A DNA stretch of 63,745 bases, counting the filler, from Octopus bimaculoides (Eukaryota): NCBI RefSeq assembly GCF_001194135.2. It is 7 parts of 6 records of this genome, joined end to end, with 100 filler letters (N's around TTAATTAATTAA, not from the genome) between each part and the next. Parts side by side here need not be neighbours in the genome. Positions count along the whole stretch, not along the records: positions 1 to 26,482 come from NC_068997.1; positions 26,583 to 32,742 come from NC_068991.1; positions 32,843 to 52,825 come from NC_068981.1; 4 more parts are not named here. One strand, written 5' to 3'. The translations under genes were made by a program, and so were the position numbers. Of the stretch, positions 25,161-37,709 are shown one piece after another. Below the pieces are notes generated by a model. The model saw only the letters and a program-made list of their open reading frames with translations. It was not told where the DNA came from and did no database searches. Every line of letters starts with the position of its first letter. Position 1 is the stretch's first letter.

Positions 25161-25264
25161 TCACTACGATCGTTTCGTCCCATCATGCACCGGAACATCG
25201 AAGGTGAGATACTGAACAAACAGTTGCGGTGCATCAAAGGTGCTGATGTGTCTCCTGAGGTGAC
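25161..25264 (-). ncRNA. hammerhead ribozyme motif, type I, degenerate core
   Basis: Minus strand: tcac CTCAGGA gacacatcagcacc...ggtgcatgatgggac GAAA CGATCG TA gtga. Stems I and II pair; the core has G5 changed to C. Confidence 0.65.
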
Positions 25265-26099
25265 TTGTTAAAAGGCACCTCGTTTTTTATTCACCGTTTC
25301 GCTAATTTGTATAACAATCCATTTTAGTAATGGTGTACTGTGCGTCTTTACAAGGAAATAAAATCCAACGTGCGTTAAACGGCATACTACAAAATCTATG
25401 CCCGTATATATAATTACTATATATATATATACATAAATACATACGTACACACATACACACACACACAAACATACACACACACACACACAGTGCAGGAAAT
25501 GGGATTCAGGAATCCTGGTGGCTACCCTACTCAGTGTCCATATGAATACAGGCTGACAGGATGTGCGAAAGGAAACAATGCTTCAATAGAAGACACAACC
25601 AGAAAATTCCAGAAAATTTTCGTCACTCTTCTCAAAGAATAGAAGTATCGGTATTACATTTATTCTTAGATGGTGTCCGCTTCGATAACAGATGGCTAGC
25701 AGAATCGTTTGACATGCTGGAAAACGTGCAACCATTAATATAACAATGATAGTGTAATCTTAAGCCATATTGCACGCGACCCAGCTGTCATCTCATCAAG
25801 ACCGAATAACGAAAGTAATAGACATGAATTTAGATGAATACATCTATATATATTCACAATCAGAGGGGGTGGAGCTTATAGTAACAAAGCAATCGCTTTG
25901 ACAGGCAAACGGAAGGATAAAGAGTTACAGTGGACACAGGTGTTTGATAAAATTGATCGTGACTCCGGATATATTCACTAGACTGGACAGTCGGGCAGTT
26001 GGCTGTCCGAGTAGATAAAGCGGGATTTAAATAATTTGGGTATCAGTTAACAGAATCGCAAATAAACTGGGATTGGGGTCTAGAACAACTTCAAACGAA

Positions 26100-26225
26100 C
26101 AAAAATGATAGGAGAGTGGGTAAGAAGTTTGCTTCCCAAACACGTGGTTCCAGGTTCAGTCTTCAGTGTTTTCTATTATAGCCTCAGGCGTGGATTTAGT
26201 AGACGGAAACTGAAAGAAGCTCGTC

Positions 26226-26259
<34 letters not shown>

Positions 26260-26260
26260 G
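26100..26260 (+). mobile_element. SINE family B 5' half with (TA)n
   Basis: ggagagtgggtaag...ggttccaggttcagt...ggatttagtagacggaaactgaaagaagc. Confidence 0.8.
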
Positions 26261-26482
26261 ATATGCCGTACGGTTGTATTACATCTCATGTCTTTTCAAC
26301 TTTTTTATTTACATGTAATCATAGGTCAACTATGAATGTTGTCTATGAATATTATCTATTTTTACTGTCTGTCTTGTATTAATACGACCCTGAGGAGATA
26401 CAATATACCATATTTTATAATATGCATGAATCGATCTGGATATTGCATCGAAATGATCATAGGTCATAATAAAATCTTTACA

Positions 26483-26582
26483 NNNNNNNNNNNNNNNNNN
26501 NNNNNNNNNNNNNNNNNNNNNNNNNNTTAATTAATTAANNNNNNNNNNNNNNNNNNNNNNNNNNNNNNNNNNNNNNNNNNNN
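26483..26582. other. assembly spacer N44-TTAATTAATTAA-N44 (same at 32743, 52826, 57224, 61093, 62565)
   Basis: Six identical 100-bp constructs; the 12-mer places stop codons in all six frames. Confidence 0.97.
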
Positions 26583-26880
26583 CTGGTGGTCAATCATCGG
26601 TCTTGCTTTATGACTACAAAGATGCCTCATGAGTCCAGCTTTACTGAGGCACGGTCTTGCACAGACACTGCATGTCAGTGTCATAGGAAGACCCTTGCCA
26701 TCTGGAAGTGCAACAACAATGCCCTTCCTGACATCCCTCCTTAATTTCTCATGTGCAATTCGTGATTTCTCAAAAGTAGTTGTTCCCTCATGCACAATCC
26801 TTCTCCACCTGCCACGGTCAATAGCTATGCCTTCCCATATGTTAGGAGAGATGTTGGCATCTCTCAAGGAAACCTTCAGC
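26583..26880 (-). mobile_element. RTE (BovB-like) LINE ORF C-terminus with C2H2-like finger
   Basis: LKVSLRDANISPNIWEGIAIDRGRWRRIVHEG..FEK.R...LTCSVCARPCLSKAGLMRHLCSH. Confidence 0.82.
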
Positions 26881-27109
26881 AATACATACATACATACATA
26901 CATACATACATACAGACAGACAGACAGATATACATACATATATATATGTGTGTGTTTCATGTATTAATTTAATTAATAACTAATTAATTAGTGCTTACTT
27001 TTGTTCACAGTAGAGTTTCATATCTTGTAATATGGTGATTTGGAAAATATTACGTTAAAATATGGAATCAAATAGTAGGACAAAATCTGCCTCACGAGGA
27101 GAGCTGGGA

Positions 27110-27240
27110 TCTAAAAAAATAAAACAGTAACTAAACCCCGAAAAGATGAAGCTGACTTTGGCGAGTATTGAACTCAGAACGCAAGAGCCGCGAGAAATGC
27201 CGCTTAGCATAACTATTCGACGTGCTAATGATTCTTACTA
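27110..27240 (-). mobile_element. SINE family C fragment
   Basis: ccccgaaaagatgaagctgactttggcgagtattgaactcagaacg...gctaatgattct is the reverse complement of the family C head. Confidence 0.7.
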
Positions 27241-27378
27241 GTTCATTTTTATTAAAATACATAGATTATGTAATTAATTGTGACTGAAGAAAAAAACACG
27301 TATTACAAAACACGTAAAGAAAATCTGTCTGTGAGGTAAGTAATTTGTTTAGCTTTTTTTTTTTTTGGTCGGGGAAGC

Positions 27379-27425
<47 letters not shown>

Positions 27426-27523
27426 AGTGAATAAAGAACTAATGGTGAGTACGTGCACATATACATGTATGGACACATAAAATTATGATTAATGTATGCG
27501 TGTATAAACACACCTAGAAACAG

Positions 27524-27570
<47 letters not shown>

Positions 27571-27797
27571 CATACACATACATATAGGGAGAGAAACAGA
27601 TATACATGCTTACACACACACATACGTACCCACACACACATGCACACACGTATGTATTTATGTATATGCGTGAGTATTGTCTAACAGGATATTAAGACAT
27701 AAGTGGTGAATTTAAAATAGTAGATTTAATATTAAGTTTTCTTCCTGTTCATTCCCCCGATCAGACCTTTTTGCCTACGAAGGGAACTTATATTCTA

Positions 27798-27888
27798 CTA
27801 GCAGAAATACCCGGCGTTGCCCGGGTTAAAGAGAATAATGAAATCTAAAAACGCCGTCTAGACTACGCATCATCTTTATATATAGAGA
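27798..27888 (-). mobile_element. non-autonomous Helitron, 91 bp, canonical termini
   Basis: Minus strand A|TCtctatatataaag...cccgg-gcaacg-ccggg hairpin, 8 nt, CTAG|T: A/T insertion site, 5' TC, and 3' hairpin plus CTAG. Confidence 0.85.
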
Positions 27889-28007
27889 TGTATATGCACA
27901 CACGCACCCAAACACACGTATATATATGTATATCAATATAAATATATGAAAGTCAATGAAGTTTCGTAAAAGAAGGTGATCATGTACATACTTTCTTGCT
28001 GTTGTGA

Positions 28008-28143
28008 TTATAACACCTCGTTGTAAACAATGTTCCTTGTTTTCCCTTGTGGAGCATATACAAATAGTTTGTTTTTGCTGCCCACTCTTGAGCAGCCAAC
28101 ATACAGTTGTCCATGTGAGAACCAGGGCTCTTCCAAGAGAAGA
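28008..28143 (-). mobile_element. Helitron Pif1-like helicase C-terminus
   Basis: LLEEPWFSHGQLYVGCSRVGSKNKLFVYAPQGKTRNIVYNEVL* matches the FSHGQLYVA.SRV...T.NIVY.EVL end of Helitron RepHel proteins; truncated by a gap. Confidence 0.9.
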
Positions 28144-28979
28144 NNNNNNNNNNNNNNNNNNNNNNNNNNNNNNNNNNNNNNNNNNNNNNNNNNNNNNNNN
28201 NNNNNNNNNNNNNNNNNNNNNNNNNNNNNNNNNNNNNNNNNNNNNNNNNNNNNNNNNNNNNNNNNNNNNNNNNNNNNNNNNNNNNNNNNNNNNNNNNNNN
28301 NNNNNNNNNNNNNNNNNNNNNNNNNNNNNNNNNNNNNNNNNNNNNNNNNNNNNNNNNNNNNNNNNNNNNNNNNNNNNNNNNNNNNNNNNNNNNNNNNNNN
28401 NNNNNNNNNNNNNNNNNNNNNNNNNNNNNNNNNNNNNNNNNNNNNNNNNNNNNNNNNNNNNNNNNNNNNNNNNNNNNNNNNNNNNNNNNNNNNNNNNNNN
28501 NNNNNNNNNNNNNNNNNNNNNNNNNNNNNNNNNNNNNNNNNNNNNNNNNNNNNNNNNNNNNNNNNNNNNNNNNNNNNNNNNNNNNNNNNNNNNNNNNNNN
28601 NNNNNNNNNNNNNNNNNNNNNNNNNNNNNNNNNNNNNNNNNNNNNNNNNNNNNNNNNNNNNNNNNNNNNNNNNNNNNNNNNNNNNNNNNNNNNNNNNNNN
28701 NNNNNNNNNNNNNNNNNNNNNNNNNNNNNNNNNNNNNNNNNNNNNNNNNNNNNNNNNNNNNNNNNNNNNNNNNNNNNNNNNNNNNNNNNNATATATATAT
28801 ATATACGTGTACATATACATCTATATGTATACATATACATATCTTTCTCTGAAAGTATCTGTCATTACAGTATCGAAATGTGATTGTTTCAGTTAGTGGA
28901 ATAGTTTCATTTTTAAAGTGAAAGTATTTGACATGAGTGTTTTTGTTTCACTTTTGACACGTAATACTTAAATAGTGGA

Positions 28980-29182
28980 GGAGATATTATGTTGCCGTGG
29001 GCTCGAACTCTGCAAGAAGTTAAAAGATTTTTTTGACTAAAACACAACTGGAACCCTAAGTAAGGCATGTGTAAAATTTGAATGAAATTGGTTGCGTAGT
29101 TCACGAGTTTTAGGGATTCACACACACACAAACACAGACAGACAGACAGACAGACACACATTCTCATTTTTATATATATAGA
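28980..29182 (-). mobile_element. non-autonomous Helitron fragment (5' end with (GTCT)n)
   Basis: Minus strand A|TCtatatatataaaaatgagaatgtgtgtctgtctgtc..., typical of short microsatellite-bearing Helitrons. Confidence 0.65.
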
Positions 29183-31139
29183 TATACACTCTACCTTACA
29201 TTTCATCATTCTCTTCGCACACAAGAAAATAAGGAGATTGCCCCGACATGTTTCCCGATTGCTTGATCAATCGTCAGAGAGTGCGCCAACCTTCTCTCAC
29301 CTACTGTCTACAAAGAGGACTTTATCCAATTGTTATTTAAACCAGTCACAAGCTAGCACTTAACAAAGATAAACTTAAGGCAGTTAGGACGTAGTTTGTA
29401 AAACATATGTTAAAGAAAGATAAATATGAATATATTTTATCCGCTAAGCATACAGATTTTTCGGCTTAGTATTGGTTACAAATTTATTCATACAATGATT
29501 GTAATAAAGTTCTCTTCCAACGATTGTTCTAAAGTTATTTTCTGTGAGATGTTTCATGGCTGGTTTGTCTTCAGTGTCTCCATTACAGACGCGAGGTTAC
29601 CAGAGCTTGCTACCATGAACAGATCGGGAAAATTTCCAGGTAGAACAGTAGAACACAGCGTCAACAAGTGGTTTTAGTTTCAATATATTTGTCAACACGT
29701 GCTTTCTCGCAGACAAAATAATTCTCATGTTCCGCTTGTTACTATGGAAACAGGCATGAATGTCTCTGTTGCTTACGATTGGCTAAAATTACCCCAAATT
29801 TTCAAGCCTTAATTGCTAATAAACTCTTTATTTATTGACTTATAGCAAAAGTTGTTTTCATGGCATTTATTAGCCTATAAAACTGTATCATCACAATGAA
29901 TATGAAATTAATTCGAACAGAAATTGATGCTGATCGACGCTGGCAGCCAAACAGAAAAGATCCCAGCTGAGTACTGGGGTCGATGTAATCGACTTAGCCT
30001 TCCCCAGAAATTGCTGGCCATGTGCCAAAATTTGAAACCAATACCTATAGGCTGTTACCTATCGTGTTGTTGTTTGAACCTCAGGTTAGCCTTTACTGAA
30101 CAGACTTATGATCAAAGGTCATGATCAATTACACTCCAACAATGACCATCATGTCTATTTTCAGACAGCGCATCAAGGACCTCATTATGTTATGAAACCC
30201 CGTCCATTTTTTTTTTTGACGATGTGATTCGCGGGAGATTTAGTTGTTATATCTGGCAGCTTGTTTTATCGTGGTGGCCCTCTGGTTATTCATGTTCTTT
30301 GTGGTGGGTGGTATTTACTGTTAAATTATTCTTAACTTTTCATCGTCTTAATACTGCTTCTTTTTTTATCCAGCACGTTAACAAATTTGCCGTCTGCTTT
30401 CATTTTCTATTCGACGGTGTTGGGTCATCTGTCGATACAATTGTTCTCCCAGTAACAAATATCTCATTGTTTTTAACTCTTTTAAGCAACCTTACTCTCA
30501 TGAGTCACACTTTTTGTCTGTCAACATATTTATTTTCCATATCTCTTTCGTCTATTGTTCAAACAATTTCCGGAAAATATTTGGTATATCCGTGTTAACC
30601 TTTGGCAAATTCTGACGTACTTATATATATATATATATGTATGTGAGACAATATATGTGTTTGTATATGTATGCTGAGGAGAGTGTGAACGTGTACGTAC
30701 GCACATATCTTTGTTTGTATATACGTGTGTGTATATATGTTTGTATGTATTTTTTGTGCATTCTCTCTTTCTTTATACATATGTTTTAGTATGTGTGCTT
30801 GTATGTATGTATGTAATGTACACATGAGTAAGCGAAAATATAAGTTGAAATGATAAACTTTAGCTCTTTCTAAATAAAGGTGACAGTTCGTTGACATTGC
30901 AACAAGATGAAAGAAGTTTAAGAATAAACGTTACATCAGTGAAAACATTCTTTAATGAATATGCTTAATTGTTTTGTTTTAGTTTTCCATGTTGTTTCTG
31001 ATATTATAAAAAAATGTTTTGACGTGTATTAGTTTCTCAAAAAAAAAAAAAATGAAGAAAATGGCCGCGATTTCTACAATTGGCATGAAGAACTACAACT
31101 GTGTAGTAATTCTAAATAAAACTGGAAACTGGATAACGG

Positions 31140-31345
31140 ATGATGACGATGATGATGATGATGACGACGAGGACGATGGCAAGGACGACGACGACGACGA
31201 TGACGATGGATGATGATGACGATGACGATCACAATCACATGATGATGATGATGACGACGACGACAAAAACGATGATGATGATGATAACAACGATGACAAT
31301 GATGGTTACGACGACGACGATGATGATGATGATAATGATGATGAT
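31140..31345. repeat. degenerate (GAT/GAC)n trinucleotide tract
   Basis: Directly visible. Confidence 0.95.
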
Positions 31346-31859
31346 TAGCCCAACAACCCCGATTGAACAAACCTCTGATTAAAACCATTCCAGTCGTGAC
31401 CACATGGTATTTTTCTCTTTTCGGTGCCAGTTATTTATATATGACTCAACTTTTCAAGGTGTCCTTCCTTCTAAAAAGAACTGGGATTTGATTTGAGGGT
31501 GATTTGGTTGCTATTTCTAACATACCAAGCGACCACATAGAAACTCTCGTATTGGTTAGTGGCCATCGTTGTTCTTGTTGTTGGTGTAGTGGTGGTGGTG
31601 GTGGTGGTGGTGGTAGTGGTGATAGTGGTGCTGTTGCTAATGTTGTTTTGGCCTCACTCATCTTTAATGACATTAGAGTTGGTCGCTATTCCGTTGCTAA
31701 TCTCTTTCATTTACGTAATATGCCGGATGGTATTTCACTAACATTTCAACTCGGCACCTCACGCTTTCTCTCTCTCTCTCATAAACACACACACACACAC
31801 ACAAACACATACGCGCGCGCACACATTCATTCTCTATTCCTCTCTGAAACTATCCGCTC

Positions 31860-31928
<69 letters not shown>

Positions 31929-33435
31929 CATGCGAGTGTGTGTATAGGTGTGTGTAGGTATGTTTGTATGCATGCATGTATGTATACATACATACATACA
32001 TTCATACATGTGTGTGTAGGTACGTTTGTATGTATGTATGTATACATACATGCATACATACATAAAAAAAATATATATACATACATACATACATACATAC
32101 ATATATCTATGTGTGGGTGTATGTTAAAAGATAAAGTGTGGAGTTACTTAAGTTTGTATACCGTTGGGAGAGGGATTTCCGACGTTTCGAACAAAATTGT
32201 TTACCAACGAAAACTTTCCTGCCTACTCAGACCACACACACACACGTGTGTGCATGTGCGCATACCATTGCACATGCACTCACAAACGGAAACCACATGC
32301 AGTACATCAGTTTTGTTTATGAAATCTAGTTATTCATACAACACACACATATGTAGGGTACGACCGTGCGAACTCAAAAAGGAGAAATGGTGACGAATGG
32401 AAGAACAGGTCTCCTTTTATTTAAACGTGTCACACGGTCGAACACACAATAATATATCAAATATGATATACATGATATGTTATGCTACGATAACATAGAT
32501 GACCAGTAATGAAAGACCACAACCGTATTAGATGAATAACAGAGATATTTATTATAGCGTTAAAGATGTATGTCTGTGTGTGAGTGTGAATGCGACATAT
32601 AAGAACATAATCAAAGACAGGCCGTCATACAAAGAAAAGTGTGTATGTGAGTGATACATGTGTGTGTATGTGAATTATTACAGCAAATAGAAAGAGAGTC
32701 AGTAAATAATACGTGAGCAATTATACCAGTTCTTTAGTACACNNNNNNNNNNNNNNNNNNNNNNNNNNNNNNNNNNNNNNNNNNNNTTAATTAATTAANN
32801 NNNNNNNNNNNNNNNNNNNNNNNNNNNNNNNNNNNNNNNNNNCACATATATATATACAAACAATATATGAGTATATGCATATATATGTACATGTATGTAC
32901 ATACCTTCATCCACATGTACATATAGATACATAACTAGGTACATGCCGTGGCAAAAGGACATGGACAAAATGATAAACAAAGTACAGCAAACAAGCAGGC
33001 CACATAGAGACATCTCCTTCATCAGCTGCCACCATTAAAACACCGGCGTTTCGAAGAATTAAGGCAGTACGCATCGTTAAAATGGTTCTTCCCACGAACA
33101 CAAATAAAATTTTTTTCGTGGAGGGTAGTGGCGGACGGAAAACAAGAAAGGAAAACGAAACGGTGAAATAAACAAACAAAAAGGTTGTACAGCCAGACGT
33201 GAAGTGTGTATGTATTGAACGCTGTGAAGCACGAACAAGAGGGGCAAAGAAGTACGTGCGAGCTTGGGGAGTCCAAGAACGAAAAGTAATAGCAGCCGGA
33301 CACACGTGACCAGCACTGTGTAGAGAGAAAGAGTAGCAGAGGGAGAAGAAGGGGAGGAAGTAGAATAAAAGTAAGCAACGAGAGGTAGAGAGGGAGAGAG
33401 ATAGTAGTAGTAACGGTGAGAGGCGAAGGACGAGC

Positions 33436-33466
<31 letters not shown>

Positions 33467-33914
33467 TAGTAGTAACGGGGAGAGGCGAAGAACAGTAGAG
33501 GGAAGAATGAGAGGGGGAGATAGATATAGAGATAGAGAGAGTCGCGTTAGAAAAATAGTTAAAACTTACTGTATAAAGGTTATGTATATATATATATATA
33601 TNNNNNNNNNNNNNNNNNNNNNNNNNNNNNNNNNNNNNNNNNNNNNNNNNNNNNNNNNNNNNNNNNNNNNNNNNNNNNNNNNNNNNNNNNNNNNNNNNNN
33701 NNNNNNNNNNNNNNNNNNNNNNNNNNNNNNNNNNNNNNNNNNNNNNNNNNNNNNNNNNNNNNNNNNNNNNNNNNNNNNNNNNNNNNNNNNNNNNNNNNNN
33801 NNNNNNNNNNNNNNNNNNNNNNNNNNNNNNNNNNNNNNNNNNNNNNNNNNNNNNNNNNNNNNNNNNNNNNNNNNGCATATATATATATATATATCTATAT
33901 CTATATCTATATCT

Positions 33915-33968
<54 letters not shown>

Positions 33969-34019
33969 GGTGATAAATTGAATATTAATTATATATATAT
34001 ATACACATACACACACATA

Positions 34020-34150
34020 TAACTAGTTAAAAAACACGTAAAGTAAATAAACATACGAACATATACTAAGTGCACAGACGAACGGAAAACACAGAAGGTC
34101 ACCAACACCTCTTCAGTTCGAGAGTCGAACGCGCAATTTCGGCCATTATC
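34020..34150 (+). repeat. dispersed repeat, second copy at about 37415-37550
   Basis: agtaaataaacatacgaacatatactaa...gacgaacggaaa.cacagaaggtca.caac.cctcttcagtt...caatttcggccatta occurs twice, about 3.4 kb apart. Confidence 0.85.
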
Positions 34151-35548
34151 GATAATATTGCTTCCACTCTGGAGGCACCGACAAGAAACTTGCCGGAAAT
34201 GGAACCAAAACATAACAAAATGAGACGGGCTCCAGACGAGACCGTTAGTGGACGGACGAGAGACAAGACAATGAAAACAGAATAAAGGCTTAGGGCCACA
34301 CGAAGACAACGATTAAAGTGATAATAATACATATACGGCAAAAAAAAAAAGCCTTAGAGCTGCAACACAAGATAAAAATGGGTAACGCGAAGGAGAAATG
34401 AAAAACGGTCCTAAAGGACTATAGAGACGGGGTGGGGTAGAGCGAGCAGCTCAGAAAATCGTGACAAGTCCAGTCGAAGGCAATGCGAAAAATAATGACA
34501 CCGCTTTAGGCCGTCACGGACCACGTGATAGTGGGATGAGGGTAACAGAGAAAGACAGACGGTGAGAGAGAGAGAGAGAGAGAGGAAATAAAGAGGGAGA
34601 GAGAAGAGAGAGAGAGAGGGAGGGAGAAGAGAGAGAGAGAGGGAGAGAGAAGAGAGAGAGAGAGGAANNNNNNNNNNNNNNNNNNNNNNNNNNNNNNNNN
34701 NNNNNNNNNNNNNNNNNNNNNNNNNNNNNNNNNNNNNNNNNNNNNNNNNNNNNNNNNNNNNNNNNNNNNNNNNNNNNNNNNNNNNNNNNNNNNNNNNNNN
34801 NNNNNNNNNNNNNNNNNNNNNNNNNNNNNNNNNNNNNNNNNNNNNNNNNNNNNNNNNNNNNNNNNNNNNNNNNNNNNNNNNNNNNNNNNNNNNNNNNNNN
34901 NNNNNNNNNNNNNNNNNNNNNNNNNNNNNNNNNNNNNNNNNNNNNNNNNNNNNNNNNNNNNNNNNNNNNNNNNNNNNNNNNNNNNNNNNNNNNNNNNNNN
35001 NNNNNNNNNNNNNNNNNNNNNNNNNNNNNNNNNNNNNNNNNNNNNNNNNNNNNNNNNNNNNNNNNNNNNNNNNNNNNNNNNNNNNNNNNNNNNNNNNNNN
35101 NNNNNNNNNNNNNNNNNNNNNNNNNNNNNNNNNNNNNNNNNNNNNNNNNNNNNNNNNNNNNNNNNNNNNNNNNNNNNNNNNNNNNNNNNNNNNNNNNNNN
35201 NNNNNNNNNNNNNNNNNNNNNNNNNNNNNNNNNNNNNNNNNNNNNNNNNNNNNNNNNNNNNNNNNNNNNNNNNNNNNNNNNNNNNNNNNNNNNNNNNNNN
35301 NNNNNNNNNNNNNNNNNNNNNNNNNNNNNNNNNNNNNNNNNNNNNNNNNNNNNNNNNNNNNNNNNNNNNNNNNNNNNNNNNNNNNNNNNNNNNNNNNNNN
35401 NNNNNNNNNNNNNNNNNNNNNNNNNNNNNNNNNNNNNNNNNNNNNNNNNNNNNNNNNNNNNNNNNNNNNNNNNNNNNNNNNNNNNNNNNNNNNNNNNNNN
35501 NNNNNNNNNNNNNNNNNNNNNNNNNNNNNNNNNNNNNNNNNNNNNNNN

Positions 35549-35582
<34 letters not shown>

Positions 35583-35584
35583 TG

Positions 35585-35619
<35 letters not shown>

Positions 35620-35764
35620 GTTTATATATTCGTTTTGCAAGATTCTTGATGTGAAATCGTGTGTTGAAACAGATATTGTTGTATTTGGGGATGGTGATGT
35701 TGCCAGTTTAGCCAATAAAAGCACTCGCACTATATGACTGGTGTTAATTTGAAAAGGCACTAAA

Positions 35765-36990
35765 ACCTATCTGACAGAAAATTTCCCACCTGGCCAGAGG
35801 GAGAAATTTCGGAATGGTGGAGGTGCGGTTCCGCGATTAAGCCTCAGCCAGGCAACACTCAGTGACCATACAACCACTGAAAATGGATGAGGTAATTCTT
35901 CTACCCATACACCTTGGAAGACGTGCTTCCAGAGTGAGGATAAAAGATATACCCACGGAGATAAATGTGGCCTGGCTGGAGGAAGCGACATTGCTGGGTA
36001 TGGAGGATAAGATAGCAGTCCTCCAAGCCACTAGCACTGCTCATAAGAATTGGCAGGAGCAGACCCAGAATATGGTGATTCAGGCAGCTCCGGAGGACCT
36101 TGAAGAGATGGCGGAAACCATAACGGTCGACGATATAACGTTTTGGGCTAGAGTGGAGGGCAGGACCCCTCGTTGTTACAAATGTGGCCAAAAGGCCACA
36201 TTAAGGTAGAATACCCTCCATCGCCAGTAAAGCCTCAAGAAGTGCCAGTGTCCGTAAAAGAAACCGCACCTCCACCAACGGTGAAGGTCAACGGAAGTAC
36301 AGAGGAAGAAGAAAGAAGAAGGAAACATAACCAAGGACGGATGGGAAATTATTAGAAGGAAGAGCAGAAAGAGGAGGAAAAAGATACAAACTGTGAAGGA
36401 GGACCCCATCCCACACCCATCCAACTCCCACCCGAATCCACTTCGTCCCACCCTTCCCTTGCAGGCACCAAACCTCACTCTGCCTCACCTGACATTAACA
36501 AAATGAACACAAGCATACAGGAGCCCCAGATTCCCCAGCCCCCCAACCTGGGAAGAAAAAAAGAGCATAGCGTCGAACAAAGTACAAAATAGCTAATTGT
36601 TAAAGAAGAGGTTAACAATTGGACGAAACGAATAGAAGTTGTCACTACAGGCTGTAAAGAGGTGCCCCCACATTATAAGTGTGTAATAGTGGACACAATA
36701 TATATACAGTGGGACTGAAAGAATATTGAAGCAATGTGTTGCACTGGCAGAAAAGAATTGACATCAGGTGTCTGCCAACGGTGGCGAGTCATAAAGATCT
36801 TATTAATGATTATAATATAAACATTTTTAAAAGACAAGATAAATGAAGTCGCCCGGATGTGGAGACGAGCGACTTCATTTCATTTTATCATTCCATTAAT
36901 TAATTAATTCATTTTCATCCGTTTGTGTCCCCACTTTGTATGATTTTGTATTGTCCCTCTATATCCACTCCTTGTGGATAATAAAAAACC
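35765..36990 (+). mobile_element. Tx1/L1-like element: degenerate gag-like ORF1 (RRM-like plus CCHC knuckle) joined to a 3' end with poly(A) signal
   Basis: KFGMVEVRFRD*...LLPIHLGRRASRVRIKDIP...RVEGRTPRCYKCGQK/GHIKVEYP (one-base frameshift at about 36195; last Cys changed to Tyr). 3' tail ccttgtggataataaaaaa. No recognisable RT in between. Confidence 0.7.
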
Positions 36991-37043
36991 TTCATTCCTT
37001 TCTCTTATCCGATATAGCATCCGTCTTTTTTTATTTTTACAAA

Positions 37044-37355
37044 TATTAGGTTGTTTCATATGAAATGTCGTATTTGAAAAGTAACAATAAAATGTTTCAG
37101 AAGTGTTAGAGAACTGCTTTATTTATTTGCATCAAAGTATAATGCATGTTCATTTATGACATTTATCCAACGTTTCTCTCTCATATATTACATCTTTAAA
37201 AAAAAAAATTAATCTTTTGCTGTGGTAAACTGTCCGAATGTTTCAGTTACCCAATCTCTATTTAAGGATGTTTTATTGCTTAAGGAGAGCTCAAAAGGCT
37301 TAAATAAGTGATGATCAGTTGGAGAGATATCAGGGGAATAGAGAGGATGTTGCAA
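37044..37355 (-). mobile_element. mariner 3' end with terminal inverted repeat
   Basis: HPLYSPDISPTDHHLF (YSPDL motif). TA at 37044-37045, then TTAGGTTGTTTCATATGAAATGTCG resembling mariner TIRs. Confidence 0.85.
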
Positions 37356-37585
37356 TATATATATATATATATATAAATAAATAGATAGATAGATAGACAG
37401 ATAGATAGATATATAATTTAAAAAATACATGTAGTAAATAAACATACGAACATATACTAAATACATAGACGAACGGAAATCACAGAAGGTCAACAACTCC
37501 TCTTCAGTTATCGGCCAGAGGGTCAAAGCACAATTTCGGCCATTACCGATCGAGATAGATAGATAGATAGATTATGGAATGAACA

Positions 37586-37709
37586 TTATTTAAAATCATT
37601 ACAATTGTTTCGACACATTTTTGCAGCCGTAGTAAATTGGTGAAATGTGTAATCATTATCATGCGTGCAAGGTTTAAAATGCACCTCCTCAGGTGATTGT
37701 TTAAATAAG
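37586..37709 (-). ncRNA. hammerhead ribozyme, type I, Penelope-like, long stem II; core intact
   Basis: Minus strand: ttatttaaacaatcac CTGAGGA ggtgcattt...aaatgtgtc GAAA CAATTG TA atgattttaaataa. All conserved core bases are present, the triplet is GUA, and there is one mismatch at the base of stem I. Confidence 0.82.

Noticed and set aside
25500-25760. Possible Tc1-like W.PYS fragment
   Set aside because: Too degenerate; no TIR or second motif.
32165-32235. CTGAGTA...GAAACGTC on the minus strand
   Set aside because: G8 is mutated, stem II is weak and there is no stem I; cannot be separated from chance.
33010-33060. CTGATGA and GAAAC on the minus strand as a hammerhead
   Set aside because: Order is GAAAC then CTGATGA, and I could not build a convincing stem I for a type II topology.
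34100-34150. GAAA...CTGAAGA on the minus strand (also about 37500-37545)
   Set aside because: No UH triplet in the required position and stem III does not pair.
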